The notes under the pieces: model-generated | What the model saw: only the letters and a program-made list of their open reading frames with translations | Databases searched by the model: none | What the model was told of the DNA's origin: nothing | Shown: one piece after another, positions 11,462-24,860 of the stretch | Layout: every line of letters begins with the position of its first letter | How positions within the stretch are numbered: position 1 is the first letter of the stretch | Assembly: GCA_002269645.1 (NCBI GenBank) | Contig: NIVC01003418.1 | Coordinates: 1-64,000 of the forward strand | Source of the DNA: Macrostomum lignano | Taxonomy: Eukaryota | Reading direction: 5' to 3' | DNA length: 64,000 nucleotides | Program-made: the position numbers and the translations under genes

Positions 11462-11884
11462 ATGCCGCAACCTGCACGACGAGACAACACACTCCAAGGC
11501 TTGATTGGTCCCGGCAGTTACCGTCAGGCACAACAGGCCGTCTGGCCATGCGCTGCAGTTTACGTTGCAGTTGCCCTGTATGGAAGATATGCCAATCTAT
11601 CGCGCATCGACCTCGCTATTTTCATGGCTGCCTACCTAATCCTAAATAATGTGTTCACCTTTGGTTTGGTTGCCTACGATAAATATCGAGCTAGAAACGG
11701 CGGGTGGCGTATTGCCGACGCTGCGTTATTAATCTGCGCCTTCTTTTGCGGCATTTTCGGCCTGATTCTTGCCATGATTGTTTTGCGTCATAAAAACAGA
11801 AGGAAGTATTTTTATTATGGCTCGTTTCTTTTAGTTCCAGGCAATGCGTTGTGGCTTTTGCTGTACTTTATAGTTTGGATGTAA
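11462..11884 (+). CDS. DUF1294 (YsdA-like) membrane protein, copy 5
   Basis: 140-aa ORF with the most canonical motif set: NNVFTFGLVAYDKYRARNGGWRIADAAL...GLILAMIVLRHKNRRKYF. Confidence 0.85.
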   Translation: MPQPARRDNTLQGLIGPGSYRQAQQAVWPCAAVYVAVALYGRYANLSRIDLAIFMAAYLILNNVFTFGLVAYDKYRARNGGWRIADAALLICAFFCGIFGLILAMIVLRHKNRRKYFYYGSFLLVPGNALWLLLYFIVWM

Positions 11885-13439
11885 TAAATAGCATTAAGCT
11901 GGTGGTACTAACGACTGCAAGGTATCAGGTTGCCACCTGTCATGCGGGTCTACCGGCGTCAGAGAATCCGGGAGAATCACGTGACTGGCGTTTTTTCTCA
12001 TTTTTGTCTGGCCACCGATTGCATGATCGGCTTCTTTCCAAGCGAGACGATATTTTGACCGTTGCCCCTAGATGTGTATTCGTCTTAATTCTAATAGTCT
12101 CTGGGTTTTTCCATTTGCACTCTCTTCCTCAGATAATAAAAGACTAGATATTACTCTGCACTGAGTTAAGCCATTTTTTGTGTCATAGTCTATGGCTCAA
12201 AAAAAGTGTCTACTCTTTGGGCGAGCGTCGGCGTGCGCATGGCAAGAAAAATTGCTAGTTGCTCCAAAAATGAATTTTGACGCAAGGCACTGCTGTGCCT
12301 ACGGGTGCACGTTGATTGTTGTTTATTACCGCGCATACTTATAGCAGAGAATGCTTCCCTTCTACCTGAAACTGTTGTCATATTTTGCTTATACATGAAA
12401 CTGCTGTCAGCAGTCGAATGCTGGAGCTGTTGTCATGCATGTGTTTTGCTTATAAATGAAACAGTTATCAACCTGTTGTTGAAGCTCCAACTCTTAAGCC
12501 CTCAAGTTCCTTCGTTTTGACCATAATGGGAGTGCACTCAACTTTGATGTTTTGAAAGCTTACATGTATGGGTGATTTCGTGATTAAGCTGACACGAAAA
12601 TGACAATACATCACTTTTGCTACCTATTTTTAGATCGTTTGACACATCCATGTTCGTTCACGCTACTAACCAAAGAGTAGTTGCAAAAATCTAAACAAGA
12701 GTGAACTATCTAGGGTTATAGTATCTGTGCTCTCTTCTTCATCCCCGATCTAATATGTATATGCATGTTGATTTTGGACTTCGCGTTGCTAAACCTCTCT
12801 GTAATGATTTTGTATCGAAATGGGATGATTTATGACGACATCGTCTCACAACCAGTATGCACTGAGGCGATTCTGCCACTCATTCCGCTGAAGCTCGATC
12901 CTGAGAACATAAAAGCGCGTCAATACTGTACGCAGACATGCTCACACAGGGTGTTGCCCCCTTGGTGCTGGCGCCCTTGGATACTGCAAACAAATGATTA
13001 CTCGTTTTGTATGTATGAGTATTAAAGTGACACTGAAAAAACTGGAGGATCTTAATATGGTACGCTCATATTTTCTACACAGCTCTCATTTTTACCTAAT
13101 CAATCCACTTCAAGCAACTAAGCAACAGGTATTCTTTTCTGTTGCCTGTTATGTACGCGGTAGTTGCATCAGATTAAAAATTAAAAGTGAAAATTTAAAA
13201 TGAAACGTATTTATACAGTGAAAGAAATTTGTCGTCTCCTTCCTTGCGTCTAGTCCTCGCTTTCCTCTACTCTTCTTTTTTTCTTCTTGGTTTTCTACTA
13301 GCTATAGACTACTGAATTTGACTCTAGGTCAGTCAAACAAGGGATATCACATCCATGGCCAAGCCAATGAATGCAGCCCTCAGCCACTCTGTCGACCAAA
13401 TAAATGAATCCATGGGGGTGATACCATATACGTATTCCC

Positions 13440-13662
13440 CAGTTGGTCGCGGCCATAGACTACAGAAACGTATTTATATCAAGTTGGTCGCGGCCATAGA
13501 CTAGATAAACGTATTTATATCAAGTTGGTCGCGGCCATAGACTAGAGAAACGTATTTATTCCCCAGCTGGTCGCGGCCATAGACTACAGAAACGTATTTA
13601 TTCCCCAGCTGGTCGCGGCCATAGACTACAGAAACGTATTTATTCACCAGTTAGTCGCGGCC
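13440..13662. repeat. ~40-bp tandem repeat containing CCATAGAC
   Basis: About 5.5 copies of agytggtcgcggccatagactacagaaacgtatttat(tcccc/atca). Confidence 0.9.
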
Positions 13663-15536
13663 ACGGTAAATGAAACAAAGCAGGAAATCGCTTATATTCA
13701 ATATTAAACTGAGCACAATCGGCAGCTTTTATTTGCGTAAAATGAAGGCTGTATTAACGATTAGTAGATATCCAACTTAATAAACACGTTTATTGATTGT
13801 TCTCGTATAGAAAAACAATTTATTCAATATAAATATATAATATATTATTTTGAATGTCTAAAAGCATGCTACAGGAAACGTCGGTATTAGTGTTTTTTGT
13901 AACTTTCGGAGTGCTTGCACGGGTGTCGGGTGGATACACGACAAAACAAATTTTAGCTAAGTAATTATAGCTAGCCAGAGAGCCAGAGTCTAATTAATGA
14001 AAGCGAACATAAAGCAAAGGTTATCGTTGCGAGGATTTGTAGCGATATGTTTGGTAACTAAGCTATTCTGAATAGAAAAAAAACAATGTGCATCGCGAAG
14101 AGCATTTATAGCATCCTTGTATCGGACTCAACGGAGTAGTGTCTAGCAGAAACAGTGAAAGTTGAAAAAATCGACCTCTGTCTCGCAAATATTGCAGCCG
14201 ATCGCCACCTACTTAAAAAAAAAACTAAACCATTCCGAAAAGCAGAACTTTTCTTTTCAAATAGAACGCGAATTAATTCACTTACAGTAGTACTAATCAG
14301 TAGTGACAAGGCGGTGCAACAGCGGCGCAACATTGGTCAACTTTATCGCGAACAGTCGATATTAAAAAATCAACACAGGTACCTTCTTCAGTACAATTGC
14401 AAGCTTAAACATGTAAACAAACACACACACACACACCAGCACAAGTTGCAAGCCTGAGAAGGGACTGGTCTAACGAAAGACTGTACGCAACTGAGCTCAA
14501 AGAAATGCTGCGCTTTGTATTGGATCTCCGTGTTGTTTAGACGGACGTAGTATTGGTATTCTTCATTATTTTAATGACTCGATGATTTATAAATGGAAGT
14601 GGCACTTCACACTTCTCAGAGCTCAGTCCGCACTTTTTAAAACACTTTTGTCTTCAATTAGCTGGTCATCTTGTGGAATGCAACAACCCTTGAATTCCGA
14701 TAGCTGGAGGTCGTTTTGATGAATTCTATTTATGGTTTATGACAGTGCGTGTTGAGGAACTGCTAAATATTCTATGTTTATATATAGTAGAATGTTGTTT
14801 ATAATAAATACTTAACAACAGGAGATATGGGGGCAGCTGGGCGAAGGGCAAGGCACAAGCTGAAAAGCGAGCCAATACTGCTGAATGATACGAGTTAGTC
14901 AAAAGTATATCAAAGGTTTCACAAACAATTGAAAAAAATTAGATAGATTTTTGTTAAAACTGCAGTTTCTCAAAATTAACTTCACTAACAAGCTTATCTG
15001 TTGCTAGTGTGTTCATGGGTTTGAAATAATTCACGTCTAAAGGTTTAGCGTATTAAAATGTGGGTCGTTAGGATTGATTTGAACTTTAAAAAACATAATT
15101 CGAAAAAGTTCTGCAACCATGCAGAAGCGTAAGTATGTGCCAGAAATGTGTGCAAAAGCAAATTCTCGTAAGTTAGACAACAACCACAAAAATAGGCTTA
15201 CAATTAACAGGTTGTGCTGCTCAAAAAAGGATAATTCCCGGAGTGCTAAATGAGCGTATGTACTTTGCTAGCCAGATGATAATAAGCGATAAAAAAGCAA
15301 CAATATGCTCTGCTGAAAATCTGCATGATATCGGGCCAAGGATCATAGGGATGTGTTAGCCACGGTGATGGTGGTCGATCAATCAAATCTATTAGTAAAA
15401 CTTGTCTTGCAAAATGAGTTGATAAATATTGAATGCGTTGCATAGTCTAGTAAATTTCTCTTTGGAAGAAACTATTCGTCCTCCCAATATGTTTTTGAGT
15501 TACTGCCGAAAAACAATATTTGCACAACCATCCTAT

Positions 15537-15615
15537 GGGGTTGTAGCCTATTGGTATATAGCGTACGACTCACGACTGAAAGGTCGGGGGTTCGATTCTC
15601 GACTCAACACCCGGA
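15537..15615 (+). mobile_element. tRNA-like SINE head (family 2), fragment
   Basis: ggggttgtagccta..ggt (A box) and ggttcgattc (B box); matches the heads of the elements at 28547-28756 and 44785-45067. Confidence 0.55.
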
Positions 15616-15777
15616 ACGATTTGTGTCCTTGTGTCCAATAGGGGTAGTTGTAATCGCTTATTTATTATTTATTAGTTATTATCCTATCCCAAAAATAGTC
15701 GTTAAATTAAACTAGCTAATAAAATTCTGCAGAACATTTCCCAACACCCCAATTGCAGATCGATATGGTGAAGCCGC

Positions 15778-17420
<1,643 letters not shown>

Positions 17421-18621
17421 AGCTAGCTAAGGAGAGTCAGTTCCTTACAATGAATGACGTCGCCAACAATGGAATCCTAGAGCGAAGGTTTGTGCAGCGG
17501 GTGCAGGCAAGAGCAGAGATATCAAAAACTTATGACGGCGATCGTGTGAAGGAAGTGGAGGTAACCAGAAATCGGCCACCAGAACGTTTCTTTTATCCCA
17601 AAAGTCGCTTTAGGCAGTCCGCTTTCCACCAACCCCCCCCCCTTCCTAGTCCACTCGACCGCTCTGCGGGGCAGACCTAAAAAGTGATTCAACAGATCCC
17701 TGAAAGGGCTGCGCAGAACTTTGCATGTAATTGCCCGACCGGCGCACCTCCGCATCTGTAGGGGAGGGGGTGGGTGAGGGAAGGGATTCGACCCAGCACG
17801 CATTAGGAAATGTCGACTGCGAACTGCACCGGCTATACCTGGTCCATGGCATTCCGCAACTTCGAAATGGCAGGCCCAGAATTCAAGACAGGGATGGAGA
17901 GGCGCCGGCACCGCACATCCCGTTCCCAATCGATGATGGCGCTCTGCAGCCTCTTTTCTATCGATCGGATTCGCCATCTTTCGGCATTCCCTTCTCCCTG
18001 TACCCCAGGGGCTCGCGGCTTGCTTACCTGGGCGCAAGATCGGTGGAAAGGTTACCGGGAACTGCGCGCGCGAGCCCTCTGCCCGAATTTTTCCTCCCTG
18101 CAGAGAGACACACTCGACGCGCGAAAACTATATGGGACGATTAGTCAGCATTTGTATGTGATGCAGCAGCGCGTTGGGGGATTTTCCACCACTTCGTTTC
18201 GTTCATCGTCTACTGCAATCTATCTCTTTTCTCTTCCCGTGCAGTCTGCTGTTCCGGAAGCAGAAAATTTCAGGGAAGAAAATGTATAGAGAAGTTACAA
18301 GCCATGTGTTTCTGTTTTACAGGGTTCGAAAAGCAGTTGACATTTATCGGGATTTGGGCTGACCTTGTGTGCATTTCGTGTAGAAAAGGTTTGCCTGGCG
18401 ATATGCAAATAACAATCTAGCTAGGTCACTTTCCATTCCCAAGCTATACCTGATTTTTTTGTCTTCTGTAAAGCTTCAAGTGAGAATGACTCGAACTGCA
18501 GTAAAGTCTCTATTTTAGGAAAATTTAATCATTTTGCAACTTGATTTACTAAAATACGAGTAGTTATCGTCTATTATTTATTCTATTGTACTCGTAGCCT
18601 TACAATTCCCTTTTCAGATTA

Positions 18622-18978
18622 CAGGCAGGGGGGGGGGTTGTATGCACCCAGCGCACTTTAAGCGACATTGTCATGCACACAACCGTTGAGAGGCATTACT
18701 GCCCCCATTTCGCCGACTCCCCTGAGCAAGCACAAAAGCGCGCGGATACGCACAGACACACACTCACACAGGAGTGTACAGCGGCCCTAACTTTATTTAT
18801 CGTTAGGCATGTACACCTCACTGTGCCTTGGGTGTTGGCCCTCAAAGGGGTCAATTTCACGAGCAGAGCCAAGCCGAGAGTCAAATTTAGCCCCCAAATT
18901 AATGTGACTGTACTGGGCATTGAGCCTGGGTCGCTGGCGCATCAGAGCGCCGCACTGGACCACTGGGCTACGGTCCCC
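18622..18978 (-). mobile_element. tRNA-derived SINE (family 1), near full length
   Basis: Reverse complement starts ggggaccgtagcccagtggt...ggctcaatgcccagt; body matches the copy at 27380-27745. Confidence 0.85.
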
Positions 18979-19429
18979 TTCTCACTATCCATTATTGTAT
19001 AACATACTAATGAGGCCATAACAGCCATACTTTTATACAGCTCGGCTGTTTTTTCAACCCAACGAGCTGTCCTTCCCGATTTCTCCGAGGCCCATCCTGG
19101 ACGCGACTTGAAAATCACCGACCCATTTATTCCTGACCATAAAAACTAATTGAAAAACCAAGATTTCTTAAAACTTTCTAACGGAACTACCTACCGGATA
19201 ATCCATCCTTGATTAAGTTGACGAAGCATCGACTAAGTATTCTAATATGAAGCCTCTAAAGGAATCTTCTTCAAGACTCCTTTAAAACTCCTGCCGGCCT
19301 ACTAGAAATTTCTTGCTTGCATCGATGTTTAAGACAAAGCTCGGAACAAATTTGGGATCAAGCGAAAAGTTTGATATTTAAAATCATCATTTATTTTCAA
19401 CATTGCTCCGTCTCAAAGCCTCAGATCAA

Positions 19430-20140
19430 TCAGACCAAATAGAACTTGACCCAGTCCGCGCTCGTCTCGATCTCCGCCTCCACCTGAGCGTCGGTGAACA
19501 GCAGCAGGCGGCAGGCTCTCAGCTTGCTGTTGTACAGCACGTGTCTGCAGCTGGCGTCACTCATAGCGGCTGCAACGCACTCAACAGCGCTGCTCACATT
19601 CGGCACATCGATGAAGCAGTACTCGGTGTTGTAGATGGCTCTCTTGAACGACACCTTCCATTTGGCGAACCTCAGATCCGCAGAGGGATGTGTGTACTCG
19701 CAAGCGTATCCATAGTTACGGTTGCAACTGGTGTCTCTGAGCAGTCCAAGTTCGTTCATCCGAATGCAGTTTTCATCAGCACCTCCTGATGGTTCGCTTG
19801 TGCGAAACAGACTTTCAGGACTGGCGATGCCGTTTCCGTTGACCCTCTGCCAGCCGTCTCTCTTCTTGCCTCTTTCATCGGCCAGGTCGCTCAGTCCGAG
19901 CCACAGCTGGCAGCTGCAGGATGAGCTGATGCCGCTGCGATTCAGTGCCTGGATGAAGCTCTGCGAGTTGACGAGCTCACCTCCGATCGATGCGCACTGC
20001 CGATTGGCTGAGCACCAGCTGTGGCTGTGAGCTGTGCTCACGAACAGGCACAGACCGGCCTGCTGCATGGTGAACGGTGCGGGACACGGCAGGGTCTGCG
20101 ACTGCAGCAGCTGGCAGCTCAGCAGCAGCAGCAGCAGCAT
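19430..20140 (-). CDS. Secreted C-type lectin + PAN/Apple-like protein, copy C1 (EPS motif)
   Basis: Poly-Leu signal peptide; CTLD (WCSANRQCASIGGELV, LWLGLSD, EPS, ENC, C..NYGYACE); C-terminal YC..ECVAAAM...CRHVLYN...CRLL; intronless. Confidence 0.85.
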   Translation of the reverse strand: MLLLLLLSCQLLQSQTLPCPAPFTMQQAGLCLFVSTAHSHSWCSANRQCASIGGELVNSQSFIQALNRSGISSSCSCQLWLGLSDLADERGKKRDGWQRVNGNGIASPESLFRTSEPSGGADENCIRMNELGLLRDTSCNRNYGYACEYTHPSADLRFAKWKVSFKRAIYNTEYCFIDVPNVSSAVECVAAAMSDASCRHVLYNSKLRACRLLLFTDAQVEAEIETSADWVKFYLV

Positions 20141-20750
20141 GGATGACTCACAGATCCGGTAAACGTATTCTGTAGCTAAATTCACTGAGGCTAAGCTAAC
20201 CCTTACGGCAAAGGCAAAACAGTATACGGTTTTTGGAGCTAGAGTTTTACTTATTTAGAAAGTTTATTATAAAAAAATATTAGCCTGTTTCTAAAAGTGT
20301 TGACATTCGCTCAGGCGCTCACTGCTGAAGAGTTCTTGTGGCATCTGTACCGCATATGTTTTTAGCTTCAAATTGCTGCATGATTCGTGAAGAAGCTGCT
20401 CAGAGCAGCAATTGATGATTGGCAAGCCAAATAAACAGTCTCGCAATTTCGTGACAGAAGGACGAGAATTGCAGCTCTAGTGCTGCAGCTGGATTGCTCT
20501 CAAGTTCGAGTGATTCAAACTTAGACCCGGTAAACATCTTTGACTTACTTTACTTAGGAGGGTTCCGGGCGTCCGGATACAGTGGGGAGGCGTTGCCGCC
20601 CATTTTGCCAACCCCTGGCGACCACGGGCAGCTAGTGCTGCGGTGTCACGCAGGGAGATTCGGTAGTGAGTGCGGTCCCCTTCGGGGAGTCCATTCACAG
20701 AAGAAGTGCTCCGCATTCTCGACACCGGAGAGGCAGAAGGGGCAATCCTC

Positions 20751-20903
20751 GCCTTGGGGGTGGGCCCTCAAAGGCGTTAATTGCACAAGCAGAGCCAAGC
20801 CGAGATTCCAATTGAGCTCCAATTAAATGCGACTGCACTTGGAATCGAGCCTGGGCCGCTGGTACATCAGAGCGCCGCGCTCGACCACTGGGCTACGGCC
20901 CCC
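20751..20903 (-). mobile_element. SINE family 1, 5' half
   Basis: Head ggggccgtagcccagtggtcgagcgcgg...ggctcgattcc. Its flank matches that of the 18622 copy, so it was duplicated together with the lectin unit. Confidence 0.8.
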
Positions 20904-21468
20904 TTCTCACTAGATTTATTATCGAACATGTATAAATGAGGCCTTAGCAGCTAATATACAGCCTCTGATGGTTTTTTAATAGAACGAGCTGTCCTTCCCA
21001 ATCTCTCCGAAGATAGTTTTGGCACGACTTAAAAATCAACGGCCTGTTTATTCCCGAGCGTGTTCCTAATTGAAAAACCAAGATTTCGCACACACTCGGC
21101 AACATGTTACAGTTTCCATCCCGAAACCAGTAGCTAACAAGTGGCCACTGGTCAAAAATGCAACTCTCATCATAACTCTCCACTCTCTCTCCTCACCAGC
21201 CTAAGCTAGGGCCTCACTGAAATTGAGATAAATTATATAAGAAGACTCAACGACAATAAAGATGCACGAAAAAACAATCTAGAATCTTCAATCCAAGACC
21301 CTCTTAAAACTCCATGCAGCCTACTAGAAATTCTTTCTTGCATCGATGCTTAGCAAGAGTTCGGGACAAATTTGGGGTAAGTCGAAAATTTCGATAGTAA
21401 AAATCATAATTAATTTTTTAACATCGCTTCGTCTCAAACTCGTCAGTTCAGTAGTGTTGCCAGATCAA

Positions 21469-22191
21469 TCAGACCAAATAGAACTTGACCCAGTCGGCGC
21501 TCGTCTCGATCTCCGCCTCCACCTGAGCGTCGGTGAACAGCAGCAGGCGGCAGGCTCTCAGCTTGCTGTTGTACAGCACGTGTCTGCAGCTGCCGTAAAT
21601 CATAGCGGCTGCAACGTGTCACGTTATTTGATGTTGTCCGTGACCCTTAAAAGGCCATCCCAAATGAATCGCAGTCAGTTGTGATAGGCGATTTGTGAAC
21701 GGAGCACTTCATTCCATTTGGCGAACTGGCCGTAGAGGGGTCCTATGTGACAATCGCAAGCGAATCCAAAGAACTTAATTTCGCTTGGTGTCACTTTGGC
21801 AGTCCGAGTTTTCATGAAGGTGAGTTTTCAAGAGCAAGTCGATGGTTCGAGTTTGAGGGAAACAGACTTTCGGGACTGGCGAAGCCGTTTCCGTTGACCC
21901 TCTGCCAGCCGGCTCTGCTCCGGTTTCTCTCATCGGCCAGGTCGCTCAGTCCGAGCCACAGGTCGCAGCCGCAGGATGAGCTGATGCCACTTCGATTGAG
22001 CGCCAGAATGGAGCCGTGCGAGTTGACGAGCTCACCTCCGATCGATGCGCACTGCGATTGGCTGAGCACCAGCTGTGGCTGTGAGCTGTGCTCACGAACA
22101 GGCACAGACCGGCCTGCATGGTGAACGGTGTGGGACACGGCAGGGCCTGCGACTGCAGCAGCTGGCAGCTCAGAAGCAGCAGCAGCAGCAT
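21469..22191 (-). pseudogene. C-type lectin + PAN gene copy C2, frameshifted
   Basis: 1-bp deletion near 22054 (actgcgattgg vs actgccgattgg) and many indels over ~21600-21870, while both ends match C1/C4 closely. Confidence 0.75.
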
Positions 22192-23179
22192 GGCTGACTC
22201 ACAGATCCGGTAACGTATTCTGTAGCTAAATTTACTGCGGCTAAGCTAATCTCCAAAGCAGAGTTAAAACAGTATACGGTTTTTTAATTCGAGTTTTAGG
22301 TATTTAAAACAATTGTGGTGTCGTTTTTATTTGTCTGTTGCATTGAAGTGTTGAAACTGTCTCAGGCTCTCTCTGCTCAAGAGTTCTTGTGGCATCCGTG
22401 TCGAAGATGTTCTTAAGCTTCAAATTGCTGAATGATTCGAGAAGAATTGCTTTTCTGACCGAGCTGCGATTGGCGATTAGCAAGCTAAATAAACATTCTC
22501 GCAGTTTCGTGATAGAAGTGCGAGAATTTCTGTTTTGATGCTACCACTGGATTGCTCTCGAGTTCGAGTGATGCTTCACAACTGTGTAGGATGTTTAATC
22601 TTTTTTCAACAGCCTGATGGCTTGCCAGACTTAAGTGGCATATCAGAAACATCAGAAACAAATTTCGGATCGAATAGTTGATAGACTGAACTGAAATTTG
22701 CTAATTTTTCCATACCTTTTGGTGCAATAGTTGTTTAAATAACGTATAATCACTATTGAATGCATTATTTAAATTGTTAACTCACTTTTTATGCTTAAAA
22801 AGTCCATCGCGGACTCGGTCGTTTCAGTTGGCAATTTTCTTCTTTATTAGAGGCAGGGGGCTGTGCGTATCCCAGCGCACTTTAAGCGACACTGTCACGC
22901 AACCGGCGAGAGGCATTGCTGCCCCTTCCGCCGACTCCCCTGAGCAGGCTGTCGCGGAATTCATTCATTTACTCATTCATTCAGTGCATATGTACCTGTG
23001 TGTACGGTGGTGGTTGTTTAGCCTAATATCGATTTATTTGCCGCTTTCAAACCACCCCCTCTGTTTGTGCGCTTTGCGCCGTTTTCCTACCCTTCTTATC
23101 TCTCTCAGCCTCCTAGGTTTTCACTCACCATTTTTTAAACATCTGCAAGGCCTTTCGTGACCTATCGTTTGTTTTTTCC

Positions 23180-23411
23180 GTTGCTCAGTCCGCAGGTCGA
23201 GCTCCATCATGCCAGGCACACAGCGCCAAGGAGCGTGCGAGTTGACGAGCACACCTCCGATCGATGCGCACTGCCGATTGGCTGAGCACCAGCTGTGGCT
23301 GTGAGCTGTGCTCACGAACAGGCACAGACCGGCCTGCATGGTGAACGGTGTGGGACACGGCAGGGCCTGCGACTGCAGCAGCTGGCAGCTCAGAAGCAGC
23401 AGCAGCAGCAT
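23180..23411 (-). pseudogene. 5' fragment of the lectin gene (C3) inside a ~1.2-kb local duplication
   Basis: Signal peptide and CTLD start nearly identical to C2, then homology breaks down at ~23180-23235. Confidence 0.75.
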
Positions 23412-24071
23412 GGCTGACTCACAGATCCGGTAACGTATTCTGTAGCTAAATTTACTGCGGCTAAGCTAATCTCCAAAGCAGAGTTAAAACAGTATACGGT
23501 TTTTTAATTCGAGTTTTAGGTATTTAAAACAATTGTGGTGTCGTTTTTATTTGTCTGTTGCATTGAAGTGTTCAAACTGTCTCAGGCTCTCTCTGCTCAA
23601 GAGTTCTTGTGGCATCCGTGTCGAAGATGTTCTTAAGCTTCAAATTGCTGAATGATTCGAGAAGAATTGCTTTTCTGACCGAGCTGCGATTGGGCGATTA
23701 GCAAGCTAAATAAACATTCTCGCAGTTTCGTGATAGAAGTGCGAGAATTTCTGTTTTGATGCTACCACTGGATTGCTCTCGAGTTCGAGTGATGCTTCAC
23801 AACTGTGTAGGATGTTTAATCTTTTTTCAACAGCCTGATGGCTTGCCAGACTTAAGTGGCATATCAGAAACATCAGAAACAAATTTCGGATCGAATAGTT
23901 GATAGACTGAACTGAAATTTGCTAATTTTTCCATACCTTTTGGTGCAATAGTTGTTTAAATAACGTATAATCACTATTGAATGCATTATTTAAATTGTTA
24001 ACTCACTTTTTATGCTTAAAAAGTCCATCGCGGACTCGGTCGTTTCAGTTGGCAATTTTCTTCTTTATTAG

Positions 24072-24748
24072 AGGCAGGGGGCTGTGCGTATCCCAGCGCA
24101 CTTTAAGCGACACTGTCACGCAACCGGCGAGAGGCATTGCTGCCCCTTCCGCCGACTCCCCTGAGCAGGCTGTCGCGGAATTCATTCATTTACTCATTCA
24201 TTCAGTGCATATGTACCTGTGTGTACGGTGGTGGTTGTTTAGCCTAATATCGATTTATTTGCCGCTTTCAAACCACCCCCTCTGTTTGTGCGCTTTGCCG
24301 CCTCCCCCGTTTTCCTACCCTTCTTATCTCTCTCCTAGCCTACCTAGCCCCCCCACCCCCAAATTTTCACTCACCATTTTTTTAATACAAAATATATTGA
24401 CCGTGCAAGGCCTTTCGTGCCTATCGTTTGTTTTTTCCGTTGCTCATCCTAAAGTTAAACAAATCGACTCCAAAATAACAACACAGGCACACAAGCGCAA
24501 GGATACGTACGCAGTCATACGCACAGGCACACACTCACACAAGAGTGTACAGCGGCTCTAACTTTATTTATCGTTAGTCATGTACACTTTACTGTGTTTT
24601 GGGGGTTGGCCTTGAAGGGCGTCAATTGCACGAGCAGAGCCAAGCCGAGATTCCAATTTAGCCCTAAATTAATGTAACTGCACTTGGAATCGAGCCTGGG
24701 CCGCTGGCACACCAGAGCGCCGCGCTGGACCACTAGGCTACGGCCCCG
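24072..24748 (-). mobile_element. SINE family 1 interrupted by a ~310-bp insertion (~24170-24484)
   Basis: 3' part at 24072-24170; remainder with the head ggggccgtagcctagtggt at 24484-24748. Confidence 0.75.
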
Positions 24749-24860
24749 TAACCTAAAACGTAACTTTCACCTAACCTAAATCGCTGGCAATTAATTGTTT
24801 TAATCAATTCACAGCCAAAATCCTGCACAATGCAGTTACGCAAATGTTTAAAACAACTAT

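Noticed and set aside
14500-14800. Possible decayed CR1/L2 LINE 3' end (…VILWNA…)
   Set aside because: Similarity is limited to a few residues across frameshifts; too weak to call.
15537-15615. Possible tRNA gene (also the head at 44995-45067)
   Set aside because: A and B boxes are present but the acceptor stem is imperfect, and the same head leads into a shared non-tRNA body elsewhere, so this is a SINE head.
17450-18362. GC-rich ORFs upstream of RLC (for example 17810-18289)
   Set aside because: No recognisable domain and overlapping ORFs on both strands; more likely RLC 5' regulatory or UTR-intron sequence.
19403-19789. Antisense ORFs over each lectin gene (for example 48619-49200, 60793-61476)
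   Set aside because: Shadow ORFs from GC-rich codon usage; starts and stops are not conserved among paralogs.
20540-20750. GC-rich segment fused to a half SINE as a gene exon
   Set aside because: No homology recognised; probably a TE fragment at the duplication junction.
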